DNA of 64,000 nucleotides from Motiliproteus sp. Lineage in GTDB: Bacteria > Pseudomonadota > Gammaproteobacteria > Pseudomonadales > Balneatricaceae. A model generated the notes under the pieces. It made no database searches. It was given only the letters and a program-made list of their open reading frames with translations, and had not been told where the DNA came from. The stretch lies in NCBI GenBank assembly GCA_036964625.1, contig JBALTG010000001.1, forward strand, positions 25,379-89,378, read 5' to 3'. The position numbers and the translations under genes were made by a program. Every line of letters starts with the position of its first letter. Position 1 is the stretch's first letter. Of this stretch, positions 61,088-64,000 are shown one piece after another.

Positions 61088-61993
61088 GTGCGGATAAAAA
61101 ATCCTAGACTCTGTGATCTGATCGGTCCGCGTTTTTGGCCGCTATGGATCGGCTTGGGTCTGTTGCGGTTACTGATTATATTGCCGTTTAGCGTCCAGCT
61201 CGCGCTGGGTCGGTCGGCTGGCCGGTTGCTGTACCGGCTGGTCCCCAAGCGTGTTGCCGTTGCCAGAAAGAATATCCAACATTGTTTTGGTGATATGACG
61301 CCTGAGCAACAGGATCAGTTGGTCGCTCAGCATTTCGAATCTCTGGGTATCGCTATCTTTGAAACAGCCCTTTGCTGGTGGGGGAGTGAGCGCCAGCTGC
61401 GACCGCTGTTACATCAGATCGAAGGGTTGGAGTACCTGCAGGCTGCGCAGCAGCAGGGGCAGGGCGTGATCCTGTTGTGCGCACATTTTACCGATCTTGA
61501 GATTATCAGTCGGTTATTGCTGTTTCATACCCGTTTTGCGGTCGTTTACCGGCGGATGAACAATCCGTTGCTGGAATACATCACCGCCGGTGGCAGAAGT
61601 GCCCATTCTGATGAGGCGATTCCGAAAGATAACATCAAACGCATGGTTCAGCAGTTGCGAAAAGGCCAGACGATCTGGTTTGCCGCCGATCAGAACTATC
61701 GGCGTAAAAATAGCGCGCTGATCAGCTTTTGTGGTAAGCCTGCGCCGACCGCAACGGTGATTTCAGCGTTGGCCCGGACCGGTAAGGCGGTGGTGTTACC
61801 CTTTAATGCGGCCCGGGTTGGGAGTGGCTACCAGCTGCAGATTCTTGCGCCGCTGGAAAACTTTCCCTCAGACGATCCGGTGGCCGATACCGAGCGCTAT
61901 CACCGGCTGATCGAACAGCAGATTGAAAAGGTTCCGGAGCAGTATCTGTGGGCGCACAAGCGGTTTAAGGGTGCGCCAGGGTTTAATTACTAA
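61088..61993 (+). CDS. lpxL: lipid A biosynthesis lauroyl/myristoyl acyltransferase (LpxL/LpxM family)
   Basis: 301 aa. N-terminal anchor and CAHFTDLE (H-x4-[DE]) motif. Directly abuts the msbA stop. Confidence 0.85.
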   Translation: MRIKNPRLCDLIGPRFWPLWIGLGLLRLLIILPFSVQLALGRSAGRLLYRLVPKRVAVARKNIQHCFGDMTPEQQDQLVAQHFESLGIAIFETALCWWGSERQLRPLLHQIEGLEYLQAAQQQGQGVILLCAHFTDLEIISRLLLFHTRFAVVYRRMNNPLLEYITAGGRSAHSDEAIPKDNIKRMVQQLRKGQTIWFAADQNYRRKNSALISFCGKPAPTATVISALARTGKAVVLPFNAARVGSGYQLQILAPLENFPSDDPVADTERYHRLIEQQIEKVPEQYLWAHKRFKGAPGFNY

Positions 61994-62158
61994 CAAAGAA
62001 CGGATATCTCTGTAGTTTTGGATTTCGTTTTTTGAGGGCCTTGCTATTCCGGCTTGAAATAGACGGCTATGATTTTTTGCAGCGATAAGGTATTGCAGTT
62101 TATATATCGTAGATATACCTATTCACCATAACACTTGAACACTAGGGGTAGTTTGAAC

Positions 62159-63157
62159 ATGCTTAATGGCAAAACGATTCTAATCACGGGTGGTACTGGC
62201 TCTTTTGGTAACACCTTCGTGCCGATGGTGCTATCAAAGTACAACCCCAAGAAAGTGATCATCTACTCACGCGATGAGATGAAGCAGTGGGATATGGCGA
62301 AGAAATTTGAGGGTGATTCCCGCGTTCGTTTCTTTATCGGTGATGTCCGCGATAAAGATCGGTTGTATCGGGCACTCGATGGTGTTGATTATGTGGTGCA
62401 TGCGGCAGCAACCAAGATCGTACCGACTGCAGAATACAACCCGTTCGAGTGTGTTAAAACCAATGTCAATGGTGCAATGAATCTTATCGATGCTTGTATT
62501 GATAAGGGTGTTAAGCGAGTTGTGGCATTGTCTACCGATAAAGCCAGCAGCCCGATCAACCTGTACGGCGCCACTAAGTTAGCTTCCGACAAATTGTTCG
62601 TTGCTGGCAACTCGTATGCGGGAGAGCATGGCACTCGTTTTGCCGTGGTCCGCTATGGCAATGTGATGGGTTCACGCGGATCGGTGATCCCTTACTTCAT
62701 GTCAATCAAGGACGAGGGGGTTTTACCGATCACTGATGATCGCATGACGCGCTTTATGATCTCCTTGGAAGAGGGTGTTGAGCTGGTCTGGCATGCCTTT
62801 GAAGACATGGCCGGTGGTGAAATTTACGTCAAGAAAATCCCGTCGATGAAAGTGACTGATCTTGCCACGGTGGTCGCGCCTGAAGCCAAGCAGGAAGTGG
62901 TCGGCATCCGTCCGGGTGAGAAATTGCACGAGCAGATGATCAGCGCGGAAGATTCCTATTACACCTATGAATACCCAGAGCATTACAAGATTTTACCGGT
63001 GATCAATAATTGGTCCTCCGATCCTGCGCGAATCAAGGATGGCATCAAGGTGGCCGAAGGTTTTGTTTACTCCAGTGACAACAATGCCCAGTGGATGAGT
63101 GAAGAGGGTTTGCAGGCTTGGATCAACGCTAATCGCGAAAAGATCGGGGATATCTGA
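62159..63157 (+). CDS. pseB: UDP-N-acetylglucosamine 4,6-dehydratase (inverting)
   Basis: MLNGKTILITGGTGSFGN and YGATKLASDKLF are PseB/FlaA1-type SDR motifs. ATG at 62159 chosen. Confidence 0.9.
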   Translation: MLNGKTILITGGTGSFGNTFVPMVLSKYNPKKVIIYSRDEMKQWDMAKKFEGDSRVRFFIGDVRDKDRLYRALDGVDYVVHAAATKIVPTAEYNPFECVKTNVNGAMNLIDACIDKGVKRVVALSTDKASSPINLYGATKLASDKLFVAGNSYAGEHGTRFAVVRYGNVMGSRGSVIPYFMSIKDEGVLPITDDRMTRFMISLEEGVELVWHAFEDMAGGEIYVKKIPSMKVTDLATVVAPEAKQEVVGIRPGEKLHEQMISAEDSYYTYEYPEHYKILPVINNWSSDPARIKDGIKVAEGFVYSSDNNAQWMSEEGLQAWINANREKIGDI

Positions 63158-63160
63158 GCC

Positions 63161-64000
63161 ATGATCCCGTACGGTCGCCAGGATATCACCCAGGCTGATA
63201 TAGATGCCGTGGTCAGCGTTTTGCAATCAGACTTCCTGACACAGGGGCCGATGGTGCCGTGCTTTGAGAAAAGTGTGGCGCAGCATGTTGGCGCTAGCCA
63301 TGCATTGGCGATGAACAGCGCCACTTCTGCGCTGCATATCGCCTGCCTGGCGCTTGGACTGGGCCCCTGTGATCGCCTCTGGACCACGCCGGTGACGTTT
63401 GTCGCATCAGCCAATTGCGGTTTGTATTGTGGTGCCGAGGTGGATTTTGTTGATATTGACCCGCGAACCTACAATCTTTGTCCACTCGCGCTGGAGAAAA
63501 AACTGGAACAGGCCGAATCCACCTGCACGTTGCCCAAAGTGTTGGTGGCGGTGCATCTCTGTGGTCAGTCTTGCGACATGCAGGCGATTCAGGCGTTAGC
63601 TAAACGTTATGGTTTTAAGGTTATCGAAGATGCATCGCATGCCATCGGCGGTAAGTACCAAGGAGAATTCATCGGCAACGGCAAGTACAGTGACATCACC
63701 GTTTTCAGTTTTCATCCGGTTAAGATAGTCACCACAGCCGAAGGTGGCATGGCGCTGACAAACGACAAGGCAGTTGCTGACAGAATGGCGTTGTTACGCA
63801 GTCATGGCATTACTCGCGATCCAGAGTTGATGACTCATGATGCAGACGGTCCCTGGTATTACCAGCAAATCGAACTGGGCTTCAACTACCGAATGACAGA
63901 GCTACAAGCGGCCTTGGGGCTGAGTCAGATGCAGCGGCTTGATCAGTTTGTGGCGCAGCGCCATCAGTTGGCGCTGCGCTATAATGCGCTGCTTGATAGG
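63161..64000 (+). CDS. pseC: UDP-4-amino-4,6-dideoxy-N-acetyl-beta-L-altrosamine transaminase, 5' partial (runs off the window)
   Basis: Not in the ORF track because no stop falls in the window. My translation gives MIPYGRQDITQADIDAVVSVLQSDFLTQGP...SFHPVKIVTTAEGG, a DegT/PseC family protein with its PLP lysine. Confidence 0.88.
   Translation, partial: MIPYGRQDITQADIDAVVSVLQSDFLTQGPMVPCFEKSVAQHVGASHALAMNSATSALHIACLALGLGPCDRLWTTPVTFVASANCGLYCGAEVDFVDIDPRTYNLCPLALEKKLEQAESTCTLPKVLVAVHLCGQSCDMQAIQALAKRYGFKVIEDASHAIGGKYQGEFIGNGKYSDITVFSFHPVKIVTTAEGGMALTNDKAVADRMALLRSHGITRDPELMTHDADGPWYYQQIELGFNYRMTELQAALGLSQMQRLDQFVAQRHQLALRYNALLDR

Noticed and set aside
62138-62150. JUMPstart/ops element (GGCGGTAG) upstream of pseB
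   Set aside because: The best candidate, AGGGGTAG, matches only 6 of 8 positions. That is not enough to call an RfaH-dependent ops site.

Overview
This window is a gammaproteobacterial chromosomal segment. A marine Oceanospirillales- or Pseudomonas-like organism is only a guess, based on gene content and REP style. About 90% of it is ordinary housekeeping DNA. That includes the 3' part of the spc operon and the whole alpha ribosomal operon (rpsN' to rplQ), divergent uvrA/ssb, moaA-moaCD interleaved with acyltransferase genes, fabAB, ispB and rplU-rpmA-obg-proB. It continues with ilvD, trmB, sbcDC, a phoPQ-like two-component system, argA/argE, a DUF47-pit pair, ygiF-like/glnE and a BCAT gene. 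It ends with a lipid A/Kdo core cluster (kdkA, GT9, waaA, msbA, lpxL) and the start of a pseudaminic acid locus (pseB, pseC').

The stand-out is a non-coding ~1.3 kb tandem array at 29.4-30.7 kb, with three paralogous ~470-490 bp modules. Read on the minus strand, each module has four parts in this order:
- a direct repeat of AGTGTTACC with a 22 bp period, a candidate enhancer-binding-protein site;
- ~100 bp downstream, a near-consensus sigma54 -24/-12 element (TGGCACGCTCTCTGCT);
- a ~185-200 nt body with three long A-rich AANAANAA tracts;
- a compound hairpin followed by UUUUCUUUG.

I read this as three tandem sigma54-dependent, CrcZ-like (Hfq/Crc-sponge type) sRNA genes. The six-frame track reports spurious ORFs across them. 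Other second-look items are listed below:
- two clusters of one REP/BIME-like palindromic family;
- tandem repeats that abut the stop codons of two genes;
- candidate Pho boxes between the DUF47-pit operon and a CYTH gene;
- a membrane/2Fe-2S/class III cyclase fusion;
- a small AT-rich islet of unknown ORFs next to trmB.

No rRNA, tRNA, CRISPR, transposase or integrase was seen.
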